Origin: Raphidiopsis brookii D9
GTDB taxonomy: Bacteria; Cyanobacteriota; Cyanobacteriia; Cyanobacteriales; Nostocaceae
Length of the DNA: 32,000 nt
Direction: 5' to 3'
Assembly (NCBI GenBank): GCA_000175855.1
Contig: ACYB01000035.1
Span: 90,001 to 122,000, forward strand
The notes under the pieces were generated by a model that saw nothing but the letters and a program-made list of their open reading frames with translations, did no database searches and had not been told where the DNA came from. A program made the translations under genes and the position numbers. This document shows, piece after piece, positions 1-9,946 of this stretch. Positions within the stretch are counted from its first letter, which is position 1; the number at the start of each line of letters is the position of its first letter.

Positions 1-1
1 A

Positions 2-112
2 CACAGACAAAACATACTCAAAAATCTTGAGCACCGACTGGAAGCAGCAAGAATAAAAGGTGATGAGAGTCTAATTCGGCAATTAGAAGCCGAGCAAGCC
101 TCTTATCATTAG
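2..112 (+). CDS. C-terminal end of a truncated CDS (36 codons: ...NILKNLEHRLEAARIKGDESLIRQLEAEQASYH*), hypothetical protein
   Basis: Open frame from the window edge to TAG at 110-112; charged helical composition. No start is visible. Confidence 0.4.
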   Translation, partial: HRQNILKNLEHRLEAARIKGDESLIRQLEAEQASYH

Positions 113-121
113 ACTAAAACC

Positions 122-140
122 GTTCTAGTCTTTTTAGAAC
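122..140. terminator. Possible bidirectional terminator between convergent genes
   Basis: GTTCTA-(GTCTTTT)-TAGAAC perfect 6-bp stem between the + strand partial CDS and gatC on the - strand; short stem. Confidence 0.3.
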
Positions 141-200
141 CAGTAAAATCGCCGTTGGTACTTCCTGTCCCATTTCAGGTGCTGTCCTTCGGCAATTTTT

Positions 201-491
201 TTAGTCCGTATTGAGGATTTTGGGGACTTTGAAAAAGTCACCTTCTTGTTGGGGGGCACTCCTAAGTATGGACTCCCTGTCCGGGTAGGGTTGTAGTTTA
301 TCTTCCCTAGTCACATTACTCAAGTCAATGGCCCTAGTGGTAGGAGGGACATTGCTAACATCAAGTTCCCCCAGTTGTTCTACATACTCCAAAATGCTTC
401 CTAACTGGAGGGTAAATTGCTCCTCCTCCTGTGCTGTTAATTCTAGCCGAGCTAGGTTGGCTACTTTGCGGACCTGTTCGCGATCAATCAT
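201..491 (-). CDS. gatC: Asp-tRNA(Asn)/Glu-tRNA(Gln) amidotransferase subunit C
   Basis: 96 aa; N-terminal [45 protein letters not shown] is characteristic of GatC. Confidence 0.95.
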   Translation of the reverse strand: MIDREQVRKVANLARLELTAQEEEQFTLQLGSILEYVEQLGELDVSNVPPTTRAIDLSNVTREDKLQPYPDRESILRSAPQQEGDFFKVPKILNTD

Positions 492-534
492 ATTTTAGCA
501 ATAAATAATTGGTTATTTAAAATTTGGTTATCGG

Positions 535-1056
535 TTAAAAGAATACATCAATTTGCGATCTCCCGGTAGTTTTCAACCAGTTTTGGGCTTCAATGTAGTT
601 ATTAGGAGCCAGACGAATTGCCCGGATCCAATAGTCTGCGGCCTGGTCAAATAGTGCTTCTCCCTCATCGTTGTCACCCTCTTCCTTTGCTTTTTCGCCC
701 TTGTAGTGATAAATCACAGCGATGTTATTTAGGGCTTGAGGTAACCGAGGATTCAAATCAATGGCTTTATGATAGAAATCCAGGGCTCGATCATGGTCTC
801 CATTACTGGCATATATCAGTCCCATGTTGTACACGATAAAACTTTTATCATTGGTATCTTCTTCTAAAGATAGAGCCTCTTCGTAATATTCTAGGGCTTC
901 GGCATATTCCCCTTCAGCCTGTGCTGACATGCCATCTCGATAGTAGACAAAAGCCTCTTTAGCCTTTTTATTAGTTGGCAGAAGTTTCAGGATTAAATCT
1001 GCCATAACGGTAAAAGACTTGTCAACAAAATTATCGTTTTTCTGTGTTCTTGGCAT
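535..1056 (-). CDS. ycf3: Photosystem I assembly protein Ycf3 (TPR protein)
   Basis: 173 aa; [28 protein letters not shown]...[29 protein letters not shown] with TPR motifs, matches the Ycf3 family. Confidence 0.96.
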   Translation of the reverse strand: MPRTQKNDNFVDKSFTVMADLILKLLPTNKKAKEAFVYYRDGMSAQAEGEYAEALEYYEEALSLEEDTNDKSFIVYNMGLIYASNGDHDRALDFYHKAIDLNPRLPQALNNIAVIYHYKGEKAKEEGDNDEGEALFDQAADYWIRAIRLAPNNYIEAQNWLKTTGRSQIDVFF

Positions 1057-1086
1057 ATTTACCCCTAAAGTAACATCATTGCAAAT

Positions 1087-2631
1087 TTAGCTGTTCTTAG
1101 CTGTTCTTAAATGTAAGGCATCACGAGCTTGTTCTCTATCATCAAAATGGATTTTTTCCGTGCCGAGAATTTGATAATCTTCGTGACCTTTACCTGCTAA
1201 TAATACACCATCACCTGGTTGAGCTTCCAGTATAGCAGTATGAATAGCTCTAGCGCGATCGCCAATTACCAGTCTTGACACATCCTCGGGCATACCGGTC
1301 AAGATATCTTCTAATATTGCATCTGGGTTTTCAGTGCGTGGATTGTCAGAGGTTACCACGACCACATCTGCTAAATCCGCTGCAATTCTACCCATTTTTG
1401 GACGTTTTGTTTTATCCCTATCCCCTCCACAGCCAAAGACACAAATAATTCTTCCTGGTATAAATGGACGAGCAGCTTTAAGTAAATTTTCCAGACTATC
1501 AGGGGTATGAGCATAATCCACAATAACGCTAATATCCTGATGAGGATCGATTTGAATTCGTTCCATTCTGCCAGGCACACCTGGAAAATTAGGTATATAA
1601 TCTACCACAGTTTCCAAATCCAACCCTAAGTGTAGGACCGCAGCTACAGCTGCCAAAAGATTTTCTAAGTTATACTGTCCCACCAGGGGAGAGCTAAAAG
1701 GGGAATTACCCTCAGGAGTATGTAAAATACCACTGACACCATGAGGTTGATAATTTAGATCACTCACCCAGAAATCGGCACTAGTATTATTAATGCTGTA
1801 TGTCCAAAGCTGCTGTTTATCCAAACCAATAGTTAAACGTTGTCCATATTGATCATCAATATTAATAACTGCTCTTCCTTGGAGATAGTCAGGAGTAAAT
1901 AACAAAGCCTTAGCTCGAAAATAATCTTCCATATCTTGGTGATAATCAAGATGATCTTGAGTAAGATTAGTAAACACAGAAACCTCAAAGGGACAGCCAA
2001 AAACCCTATCTTGGGCCAGGGAGTGGGAACTAACCTCCATAATCCCCAACTGACAACCAGCATCAACAGCTTGAGCTAGATTGTGCTGTAAGTCAATTGC
2101 AAAGGGGGTGGTATGGTTAGCAACTTGAGAAAAACCGGGCCAGCGAGTATAAAGAGTACCGAGTAAAGCTGCTGGCAAATTAGCTTGATTGAGAAAATAC
2201 TCAATTAAATGAGTAGTAGTAGTTTTGCCATTAGTCCCAGTTACGCCAACGATTTGCAGTTTTTCCGCTGGATAGCCATAAAAAGCTGCACAAACCTGGG
2301 CACAGACCTTATTAAGATTGCTAGCAGTAATTACCAGAGCATCCGAGGTGGGGGAAGTTTTGGATGCTGCTTGTGGGGAGATAATGGCCGCAACCGCACC
2401 AGCAGCTAAAGCACTGGGCCAGAACTCACCTCCATCAACCCTGGTTCCGGGTATGCCAATAAATAAATCCCCCTCACCACAAGCGTGGGAATTGGTTTTG
2501 ATCCCGCGAACTTCCACATCTTTACCCTGGTATTCCACGCCATCAATAACGGCCAATAATTCTCTTAAATTCATTATCTTATACCTCATCGCGAAAAGAT
2601 CTGGCAGATATCTTGTGTCTATTTTGCACAA
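1087..2631 (-). CDS. murE: UDP-N-acetylmuramoyl-L-alanyl-D-glutamate--2,6-diaminopimelate ligase
   Basis: Mur ligase ATP motif GVTGTNGKTTTTHLIEY, C-terminal DNPRTENPDAILEDI, GKGHEDYQ. The start is probably the ATG at M17 (MRYKIMNLRELL...) or M20. Confidence 0.93.
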   Translation of the reverse strand: MCKIDTRYLPDLFAMRYKIMNLRELLAVIDGVEYQGKDVEVRGIKTNSHACGEGDLFIGIPGTRVDGGEFWPSALAAGAVAAIISPQAASKTSPTSDALVITASNLNKVCAQVCAAFYGYPAEKLQIVGVTGTNGKTTTTHLIEYFLNQANLPAALLGTLYTRWPGFSQVANHTTPFAIDLQHNLAQAVDAGCQLGIMEVSSHSLAQDRVFGCPFEVSVFTNLTQDHLDYHQDMEDYFRAKALLFTPDYLQGRAVINIDDQYGQRLTIGLDKQQLWTYSINNTSADFWVSDLNYQPHGVSGILHTPEGNSPFSSPLVGQYNLENLLAAVAAVLHLGLDLETVVDYIPNFPGVPGRMERIQIDPHQDISVIVDYAHTPDSLENLLKAARPFIPGRIICVFGCGGDRDKTKRPKMGRIAADLADVVVVTSDNPRTENPDAILEDILTGMPEDVSRLVIGDRARAIHTAILEAQPGDGVLLAGKGHEDYQILGTEKIHFDDREQARDALHLRTAKNS

Positions 2632-2692
2632 TTTTAACCACAGTACCTAACGAATTGGCAACTGGCAATTCCATCTCCTGTGTTTTATTGGA

Positions 2693-3037
2693 CTATTCAT
2701 CCCGATCTGCCAACATCAACAACTTACTAGCTGTGGTCAATAACAAGTTCTCTAATTGCTGAACACTTCCACGGGGAGAGGGACGGGGTACAGATTGCCA
2801 AGACTCTTTTCCTCCACTAGAATCCCATAGAAACAACACGGGAATTTCATACTGATAGGCGGCAAACCAATCTTCATGGGTAGTAATATCACGCACTTCT
2901 AAAGTAAAACTAATATTAGTATCTTCATGACTACTCTTATTGGTGTGATGGGTTATTTGTTCTAATTTTTCTATTAACCCTTCACAAAGATGACAACCAG
3001 GTTTACCATACAGGATAATTTGCATTGTGTGAATCAT
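2693..3037 (-). CDS. Glutaredoxin-like family protein (DUF836 type)
   Basis: ILYGKPGCHLCEGLIEKLEQI with CxxC motif; YEIPVLFL. Confidence 0.8.
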   Translation of the reverse strand: MIHTMQIILYGKPGCHLCEGLIEKLEQITHHTNKSSHEDTNISFTLEVRDITTHEDWFAAYQYEIPVLFLWDSSGGKESWQSVPRPSPRGSVQQLENLLLTTASKLLMLADRDE

Positions 3038-3133
3038 ATTAGTAATGAATGGTTAAGTTATATAGCTTTAGCCAGCGCTCAGAAAAGAGTTTATCCCTTA
3101 CCCAATGCAGATGGCTACAGCTATATTGTAAAA

Positions 3134-4318
3134 CTAAGATAGAGAACGAACAAACTTGTCTAGTCGCTCCACTCCTTTCTTAATTGTAGTCATATCTGTA
3201 GCATAGGAAAGACGGATGTTATTATCAGCTCCGAAAGCTACCCCTGGAATAACAGCAACTTGATGGGATTCTAATAAAGCATCGCAAAACTCCAGGGACC
3301 TTAAACCAGTTTTACTGATGTCGGGAAATAAATAAAAAGCCCCATCAGGTCGAACACAAGTCAACCCAGGAATGGAGTTGATACCATCATACATAACCTG
3401 ACGACGTTGAGCAAAAGCTTGACGCATTTCCTCTACACAGTCTTGTGAACCTTCCAGAGCAGCGATCGCACCATATTGAGCAAAAGTACAGACATTGGAA
3501 GTACTATGTCCTTGAATAGTAGTAGCAGCTTTAATAATTTCCAAGGGTCCGGCCAAATAACCCAAACGCCAACCAGTCATGGAGTAACCCTTAGCAAAGC
3601 CATTACTAATTAAAGTCCTGGAGAAAATTTCCTCACCTAGGGAACCAATACTAACATGTTGTGAGCCATCATAGAGAATCTTTTCGTAAATTTCATCAGA
3701 AACCACAAAAATATCCGCCTCCACAATCACCTGAGCTAGATCCCGAATTTCTTCTAATGTGTACACCATCCCAGTAGGGTTAGAAGGTGAATTAAGGACA
3801 AATAACTTAGTTTTTGAGGTAATAGCTTGTTTGAGCTGTTGGACACTAATTTTATAGCCATTGTCAGCATAGGTTGGTACAATTACTGACCTCCCACCTG
3901 CTAAAGTAACCATTTCTGGATAACTCAACCAGTAGGGTGCGGGGATAATTACCTCATCTCCTGGTTCAATTAAGGCCATGATGAGATTATATAGGGAATG
4001 TTTACCCCCATTAGTAACCAAGACGTTTTCTGGTTTATAGTCTAAACCATTATCGCTTTTTAGCTTGTTAGCAATAGATTCTCGTAGCTTTGGCTCACCA
4101 GCGGCTGGACCATATTTGGTCTTACCTTCTTTTAAAGCCTTTGTAGCTGCATCTATAACGTGGGCTGGAGTATCAAAATCCGGCTCTCCAACACTGAAAC
4201 TACAAACATCAATACCCTCTGTCCTCATACCCTTAGCTTTAGCTGTAATAGCCAGGGTAATGGAGGGTGTTACCTGACCTACTCTTGCTGCCAATTTCAT
4301 TCTACTTTTCTGAGTCAA
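3134..4318 (-). CDS. Pyridoxal-phosphate dependent aspartate aminotransferase
   Basis: 394 aa, class I aminotransferase; [38 protein letters not shown] (PLP lysine). Confidence 0.92.
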   Translation of the reverse strand: MTQKSRMKLAARVGQVTPSITLAITAKAKGMRTEGIDVCSFSVGEPDFDTPAHVIDAATKALKEGKTKYGPAAGEPKLRESIANKLKSDNGLDYKPENVLVTNGGKHSLYNLIMALIEPGDEVIIPAPYWLSYPEMVTLAGGRSVIVPTYADNGYKISVQQLKQAITSKTKLFVLNSPSNPTGMVYTLEEIRDLAQVIVEADIFVVSDEIYEKILYDGSQHVSIGSLGEEIFSRTLISNGFAKGYSMTGWRLGYLAGPLEIIKAATTIQGHSTSNVCTFAQYGAIAALEGSQDCVEEMRQAFAQRRQVMYDGINSIPGLTCVRPDGAFYLFPDISKTGLRSLEFCDALLESHQVAVIPGVAFGADNNIRLSYATDMTTIKKGVERLDKFVRSLS

Positions 4319-4737
4319 TCTCTATCACATATTAAGGATATCTTAGAAATTCGGTTGAAATTTGTATTTTCTTTCTGGTGGGTTGAGAACTGATGGTTTG
4401 CTTATTCAAGTATTAATTTGTATTGATTAATATTAATTGGGAGATTTATGCCCGGTTTAAACTCAAATATTACTTACTCAAAAGCGTGCAAAAAAGTAAT
4501 TTAAAGAGATTCGATGTTCATTTTATACTACTTATCTAGTTATTGAAAGCACCCCTTGCATCAGGAGGAATTATATTATTTATTGTTAAATATCAGGTTA
4601 AAAATGGACATATTGGCAAAGACTAGGTTAACATGGTGTAGTGTTGCGGAAAAACCGTGTTTTCTTGCAAATCGACTCGATGATAAGTTGAGTCATAATT
4701 ATCTACATCCAATTTATTTTCCTAACCTTTTGCAAAA

Positions 4738-5508
4738 ATGTTGTTGTTTTTAAAACTGATTGATTATCTATTAGCTGCTGTTTTTATTGGTGCGGCTTTG
4801 ATCATTTATTTTGACTCTAATAATCAGCCCTACTTGTTAGCTGGAATAGGAGCTTCCGCAATAGCCATTTTGCTGTTTCTTATCAACAGAAACTCAGTAG
4901 GTGCAGCGGAAAAACAAGCCAAGAAAAACGAATTCACCAAAAAAGCTGAACTTTACACATCCCTGTTACAGAATAGCAATTCCTTGGAACATAACACTAT
5001 TGTCCCTGTAAGAGCTAACGCTCTGGAATATTGTCAAGATTTGATCAATGACTATAAAAAAACCAGAAATATAGCCAGATCTCTTTACTATGTCTTACAA
5101 ATTTCCACAGTAATTCTCTCAGGTGTCACACCAATTTTAGTCCTGGTTGATAAACTAGAAACCGGACAACCCTGGTTGAAGTGGCTACCTGTCATTTGTC
5201 CTGCAGTAGCATCTATTGTCGCTAGTATTGTTACGTCTTTTCCCTTTCAAAAGAATTGGGTTACAGCCAATACAATTGTAGAGTTATTAGAAGCAGAACA
5301 AGAAAAATTCATTTTAGGAATTACACCCGCATATCGTTGTTATGACGTTGTTGGTGACCTAGAACAACAACAAAAAGCCAGTCAAGCTGTAGAACTATTC
5401 ATTAGCCAAGTCAATAGTATTCACTTGCAACAAGTTCAACAAGCAACTGAACAGCAGTCCGATAAAAGGAAGGAAGAAACTAAGACTCAAGATCCCGCGT
5501 TAAATTAG
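4738..5508 (+). CDS. DUF4231 (SLATT-like) membrane protein
   Basis: 256 aa; two N-terminal TM segments, a charged linker, then two more hydrophobic segments (YYVLQISTVILSGVTPILVL / LPVICPAVASIVASIVTSF) and NWVTANTIVELLEAEQEKF, typical of the DUF4231 layout. Confidence 0.65.
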   Translation: MLLFLKLIDYLLAAVFIGAALIIYFDSNNQPYLLAGIGASAIAILLFLINRNSVGAAEKQAKKNEFTKKAELYTSLLQNSNSLEHNTIVPVRANALEYCQDLINDYKKTRNIARSLYYVLQISTVILSGVTPILVLVDKLETGQPWLKWLPVICPAVASIVASIVTSFPFQKNWVTANTIVELLEAEQEKFILGITPAYRCYDVVGDLEQQQKASQAVELFISQVNSIHLQQVQQATEQQSDKRKEETKTQDPALN

Positions 5509-5526
5509 AGTTCGGGAAATGGGAAA

Positions 5527-6051
5527 TTAGTCAACTTCAAGCAACTGGGGAATTATCTTTCTGAGAGCATGACCCCGGTGACTAATGCTTTTTTTCAACT
5601 CCGGTGACATTTGGGCAAAGGTCAATTTTTTTTCCGGAACATAAAAAATCGGATCGTAACCAAAACCACCCTCTCCCCTCACTTCATACAGAATTTCCCC
5701 CTCACAACTACCCTCAGACTGGAAAATAATTTCCCCCTGGGGGTTAGCAACAGCTATGGCACAGATAAATTTGGCTTGCCGGTTTTCCGTGTTTGCTAGT
5801 TCGCTTAGTAACCTTCCAATCCTTTCTTCGTCCGTGTTTCCATACCGAGCAGAATATACACCAGGCGCACCATTTAACCAGTCTACCCATAAGCCAGAAT
5901 CATCAGCGATCGCCCATTGAGATGTATATTTTGCAACTTCAACAGCTTTCAAGCAGGCGTTTTCAGCAAAGGTGGTTCCGGTTTCATTCACATCTAAATC
6001 AGGGGGTTTGGGAGTTAGTTCCCAACCAGAATCGGATAAATAAGCCTGCAT
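5527..6051 (-). CDS. rdgB: Non-canonical purine NTP pyrophosphatase, RdgB/HAM1 family
   Basis: ENACLKAVEVAKYTSQWAIADDSGLWVDWLNGAPGVYSARY ... GFGYDPIFYVPE ... ISHRGHAL. Confidence 0.92.
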   Translation of the reverse strand: MQAYLSDSGWELTPKPPDLDVNETGTTFAENACLKAVEVAKYTSQWAIADDSGLWVDWLNGAPGVYSARYGNTDEERIGRLLSELANTENRQAKFICAIAVANPQGEIIFQSEGSCEGEILYEVRGEGGFGYDPIFYVPEKKLTFAQMSPELKKSISHRGHALRKIIPQLLEVD

Positions 6052-6133
6052 TTCCCTTTAATTTTCCTGGATTTCCCGTCCCCACCACAAGTGTTTTTTT
6101 CATTAGCTATCCACTGATAAATGTTGGTAAATA

Positions 6134-7600
6134 TTAATTTGATTCTGCCCAGGTTTTTGCCCAATTTAATGTTTGGTGTACTTGTTCTATTGTAGGTGCT
6201 TCACAGTAAAGTCTTAAGACTGGTTCAGTGCCACTAAATCGAATCATCAACCAACTTTCATCCGCAAGACGGAATTTATAACCGTCTATGGTCTGACAAT
6301 TAAGGACTTTTTTGCCGGCAATTTCTGTTAATTTCTGAGTTTGTAGTTGTTGTAGTAATTTATCACGGATCTGCATACTTGCCAATGGTAAATCTATCCG
6401 ATCATAAGCAGAGAAGAAATTATTCTTTTCCTGTAATTGCTGATAATATTCACCTAAATCCAAACCAGAATCTACAACTGCTTCTAATACGTACAATGCA
6501 GACAATAGAGCATCCCGTTCAGGAATGTGGCTACCATAACCAATCCCCCCCGATTCTTCACCACCTAATAAAACTTCTGTCACCAACATTCTATCAGCAA
6601 TGTATTTATAACCAACAGCAGTTTCAAATATTGATAAACCCAGGGATCTGGCTACACTGGGAATTAAGTCAGACCCACTGACGGTTTTGACAATTTCTCC
6701 GGTAAAATTGCGTCTGGTTTTTAGGTGATCTATCAAAATCGGAATCAATATTTGAGAACTTAGAAAATTGCCATTTCTATCCAACGCCGCAATGCGATCG
6801 CCATCTCCATCAAATACTAAACCAACCGTTAATTTTGAGAAATTTTGTTGCTGATGAATTTCTGTATAATTTTTAATTTCAGCTGAAATTTCACAAATAT
6901 ATTTAGGCAAAGGTTCTGGTGGTTTTCCGCCAAATAAGGGATCTCGATTACCATTAATTTCTCTCACTTTTTGCCCTAATAGCCTCTCTAAACCACTAGC
7001 AGCTGCACCATGCATCACATCAACAAATAGTATTAATTTATCCGAGGATATTGCCTCCCGAATTGCCTCAATATTCACTTTCTTTGCCAATGCTTGACAA
7101 TAACTTATCCAGGGATCAAACGTCTCTTCTTTTCCTAGATTACCCACTGAAGAAAATTCCACAGTTAATAATCTTTCTATTTCCTGAGTAACCTCTGGAG
7201 GGACTGAACCCCCAAAAGCACTCTTGACTTTTAAACCCAAATATGAGCCAGGGTTATGACTAGCTGTGATCACTAAAGCTCCCAAAGCATTAAAATCTTT
7301 AGCAGCCCAACTAAAAGCAGGTGTTGGTGCATAGTCTTGACTAAATAGAACATCAAATCCTAAATTTTTAATAGCATCAGCTACAACGCGGGCAAAATTT
7401 TCCGCCATAAAGCGACGGTCATATCCGACCACAATACTACGGCTACCAGTTAGGGAATAGTATGTATTATATAACACATTAGCTGCTACGGAAGCAACTA
7501 AAGTCAGACGTTCAAAAGTAAACTCATCAGCGATTACTCCTCGCCATCCATCAGTACCAAACTTGATAGGACTCAGAAGGATATTGGTTGATATGGGCAT
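6134..7600 (-). CDS. Phosphoglucomutase/phosphomannomutase family protein
   Basis: 488 aa; FGTDGWRGVIADEFT, TASHNPGSYLGLK, DGDGDRIAA, GGEESGGIGYG, RFSGTEPVLRLYCE. Confidence 0.93.
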   Translation of the reverse strand: MPISTNILLSPIKFGTDGWRGVIADEFTFERLTLVASVAANVLYNTYYSLTGSRSIVVGYDRRFMAENFARVVADAIKNLGFDVLFSQDYAPTPAFSWAAKDFNALGALVITASHNPGSYLGLKVKSAFGGSVPPEVTQEIERLLTVEFSSVGNLGKEETFDPWISYCQALAKKVNIEAIREAISSDKLILFVDVMHGAAASGLERLLGQKVREINGNRDPLFGGKPPEPLPKYICEISAEIKNYTEIHQQQNFSKLTVGLVFDGDGDRIAALDRNGNFLSSQILIPILIDHLKTRRNFTGEIVKTVSGSDLIPSVARSLGLSIFETAVGYKYIADRMLVTEVLLGGEESGGIGYGSHIPERDALLSALYVLEAVVDSGLDLGEYYQQLQEKNNFFSAYDRIDLPLASMQIRDKLLQQLQTQKLTEIAGKKVLNCQTIDGYKFRLADESWLMIRFSGTEPVLRLYCEAPTIEQVHQTLNWAKTWAESN

Positions 7601-7626
7601 GGATATAAGCCGTAATTTCTAATCTT

Positions 7627-8277
7627 TTAGATTTTATCAGCAACCTGAGCAATGGCCAATGGTAAGATCTGGTGTTCCTGAACTTGGATTCTCGCATGTA
7701 GTGTTTCTGCTGTATCGTTTGGCAATACTGGAACTGCAGCTTGCATCAAAATTGGACCGCTGTCCATTTCTAATCTCAGCAGGTGAACTGTACAACCTGT
7801 TATTTTTACACCTGCTTCTAATGCTTGTTCTACAGCTCTAACACCTTTAAAACTGGGCAATAAACTGGGGTGAATATTAATAATGTGATTGGGAAAAGCA
7901 TCTATCAGTTCTTGGGTAACTAAACGCATCCAACCGGCCATAACTACTAAATCAACTTGATATTGGCGCAGAGTGCTGACAATTTCCCGATCCAAATCTT
8001 CCCGCTTTTTATAATGACGATGATTGAGTAATATTGCTTCTACTCCATGATTGAGAGCCCTTTCTGCTGCTTTTGCTAGGGGGTTATTATAAATTAAAAC
8101 TTGAATTTGGGCATTAAGATCCCCCGATTTGATTGCTTGAGCAACCACCTCAAAATTGCTCCCATTCCCAGAGGCCATGACTCCTAATTTTACAGGTTTT
8201 ATGTCATGGGACTGGTAACCTGAAACATCAGGGGAAATTAGACTAGAGGTGCTATTCATGGAGTAAGATTGAATCAT
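7627..8277 (-). CDS. purN: Phosphoribosylglycinamide formyltransferase
   Basis: KLGVMASGNGSNFEVV, VVMAGWMRLVTQELIDAFPNHIINIHPSLLPSFKG, TVHLLRLEMDSGPILMQAAV. Confidence 0.93.
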   Translation of the reverse strand: MIQSYSMNSTSSLISPDVSGYQSHDIKPVKLGVMASGNGSNFEVVAQAIKSGDLNAQIQVLIYNNPLAKAAERALNHGVEAILLNHRHYKKREDLDREIVSTLRQYQVDLVVMAGWMRLVTQELIDAFPNHIINIHPSLLPSFKGVRAVEQALEAGVKITGCTVHLLRLEMDSGPILMQAAVPVLPNDTAETLHARIQVQEHQILPLAIAQVADKI

Positions 8278-8295
8278 AAAGTTACTGATATTCTC

Positions 8296-9771
8296 TTACA
8301 AACTTGGGGAAGACGCTAATTCTGGAGGAACATCTTCACCATAGCTGTAAATTTCAATTCCTAATTTAGAAGCTATGGAATTGGCACTGGGGTGAACCAT
8401 GGGTGAAATTACAATCTTTCTCGTAGCTTGTCTTTGATGTTGTTGCTGATAAAAGTCTACTTTCCGGTAAAAAGTGTACAAGTCACCTTTGCTTAGGGAT
8501 GATTTAATCTCACAAATGATTAGTTGCCCATTTCGTATAATCAAATCTAGTTCTACTTGGTCTGGTCTACCAAATACTATTCCCTGATCATCATACTCGA
8601 CTATATTCAAAACTTCCACGCCAAAAGACTCTTCTAAGATTGCCTTTAACCCATTACGAAATGAGGACTCAGAACATAAACCCCACCGTGCACCGAGTCC
8701 GCTAATACCAACTTCATGCTTACGACTCATACGCTCTATTGCTGCGATAACTTGGTCAAATTCCCGTTTGTTTTCATCCCACTTACAAGCTTGCTCCTGA
8801 CGGTCAAGTTCCATTTCCCGTTTGTTTTCATCCCACTTACGAGCTTGCTCCTGACGGTCAAGTTCCATTTCCCGTTTGTTTTCATCCCACTTACGAGCTT
8901 GCTCCTGACGGTCAAGTTCCATTTCCTGTTTGTTTTCATCCCACTTACGAGCTTGCTCCTGACGGTCAAGTTCCATTTCCCGTTTGTTTTCATCCCACTT
9001 ACGAGCTTGCTCCTGACGGTCAAGTTCCATTTCCCGTTTGTTTTCATCCCACTTACGAGCTTGCTCCTGACGGTCAAGTTCCATTTCCCGTTTGTTTTCA
9101 TCCCACTTACGAGCTTGCTCCTGACGGTCAAGTTCCATTTGGGTGATGACCCGGTCAAATTCCTGTTTGTTTTCATCCCACTTACGAGCTTGCTCCTGAC
9201 GGTCAAGTTCCATTTCCCGTTTGTTTTCATCCCACTTGCGAGCTTGCTCCTGACGGTCAAGTTCCATTTCCCGTTTGTTTTCATCCCACTTGCGAGCTTG
9301 CTCCTGACGGTCAAGTTCCATTTCCCGTTTGTTTTCATCCCACTTACGAGCTTGCTCCTGACGGTCAAGCTCCATTTGGGTGATGACCCGGTCAAATTCC
9401 TGTTTGTTTTCATCCCACTTGCGAGCTTGCTCCTGACGGTCAAGTTCCATTTGGGTGATGACCCGGTCAAATTCCTGTTTGTTTTCATCCCACTTACGAG
9501 CTTGCTCCTGACGGTCAAGTTCCATTTGGGTGATGACCCGGTCAAATTCCTGTTTGTTTTCATCCCACTTACGAGACTGCTCTTCCCTATCCCGTCGTAT
9601 TTCCCCTAATACTAAATCAAAGTGACTTTCCGTCTCCAAGCTTCCAGCAAAATAGCTGGAAATTGCCCTGACTAGTAAATTCCGCATTTCTACGTCTTCA
9701 TTTACTAATACAGGTAACTGTTGTTTTAGCAGCTGTTTAAAATCCATATCATTCATAGTTATGATATGCAC
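8296..9771 (-). CDS. Repeat-rich coiled-coil protein with C-terminal PD-(D/E)XK nuclease-like domain (DUF3782-like family)
   Basis: 491 aa; C-terminus RPDQVELDLIIRNGQLIICEIKSSLSKGDLYTFYRKVDFYQQ fits the D...ExK nuclease fold motif; the central part is an 18/25-aa tandem repeat. Confidence 0.75.
   Translation of the reverse strand: MHIITMNDMDFKQLLKQQLPVLVNEDVEMRNLLVRAISSYFAGSLETESHFDLVLGEIRRDREEQSRKWDENKQEFDRVITQMELDRQEQARKWDENKQEFDRVITQMELDRQEQARKWDENKQEFDRVITQMELDRQEQARKWDENKREMELDRQEQARKWDENKREMELDRQEQARKWDENKREMELDRQEQARKWDENKQEFDRVITQMELDRQEQARKWDENKREMELDRQEQARKWDENKREMELDRQEQARKWDENKREMELDRQEQARKWDENKQEMELDRQEQARKWDENKREMELDRQEQARKWDENKREMELDRQEQACKWDENKREFDQVIAAIERMSRKHEVGISGLGARWGLCSESSFRNGLKAILEESFGVEVLNIVEYDDQGIVFGRPDQVELDLIIRNGQLIICEIKSSLSKGDLYTFYRKVDFYQQQHQRQATRKIVISPMVHPSANSIASKLGIEIYSYGEDVPPELASSPSL
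8761..9525 (-). repeat. In-frame tandem repeat array of 13 full units (10 x 54 bp, 3 x 75 bp) plus a partial upstream unit
   Basis: Unit MELDRQEQARKWDENK(R/Q)E, with three copies extended by FDRVITQ; near-identical at nucleotide level (gcttgctcctgacggtcaagttccattt...). Confidence 0.95.
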
Positions 9772-9946
9772 AAGTCTTGACTACAGATACCATTGTACCA
9801 CAGGTCATAAAGATTTGATACTTCTTCTAAAATTCTTTTCGAGAAAAGATGAAAATGGCGATCGCCAACTGCATAAAAACTCATTGGAGATGGTTGTTAC
9901 GTGTTAATTGATGGGATGGTAATTATGAAGTATCTGTGCTTTTTTT

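Noticed and set aside
618-839. Plus-strand ORF antisense to ycf3, and similar antisense ORFs over murE, aminotransferase, purD, helicase, moeB, dmeF and birA
   Set aside because: All lie opposite clear conserved genes with no family signature of their own.
4556-4753. 65-aa + strand ORF upstream of the DUF4231 gene
   Set aside because: Cysteine/leucine-rich with no recognisable family features, overlapping the DUF4231 start; likely a chance ORF.
8761-9525. CRISPR array or intergenic satellite
   Set aside because: Units are contiguous without unique spacers, are multiples of 3 and encode a continuous protein repeat, so this is coding repeat expansion.
8716-9609. 297-aa + strand ORF and 275-aa alternative minus-frame ORF (8736..9563) over the repeat array
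   Set aside because: Both are by-products of a stop-free tandem repeat. Only the 8296..9771 minus frame extends into non-repetitive, family-like sequence at both ends.
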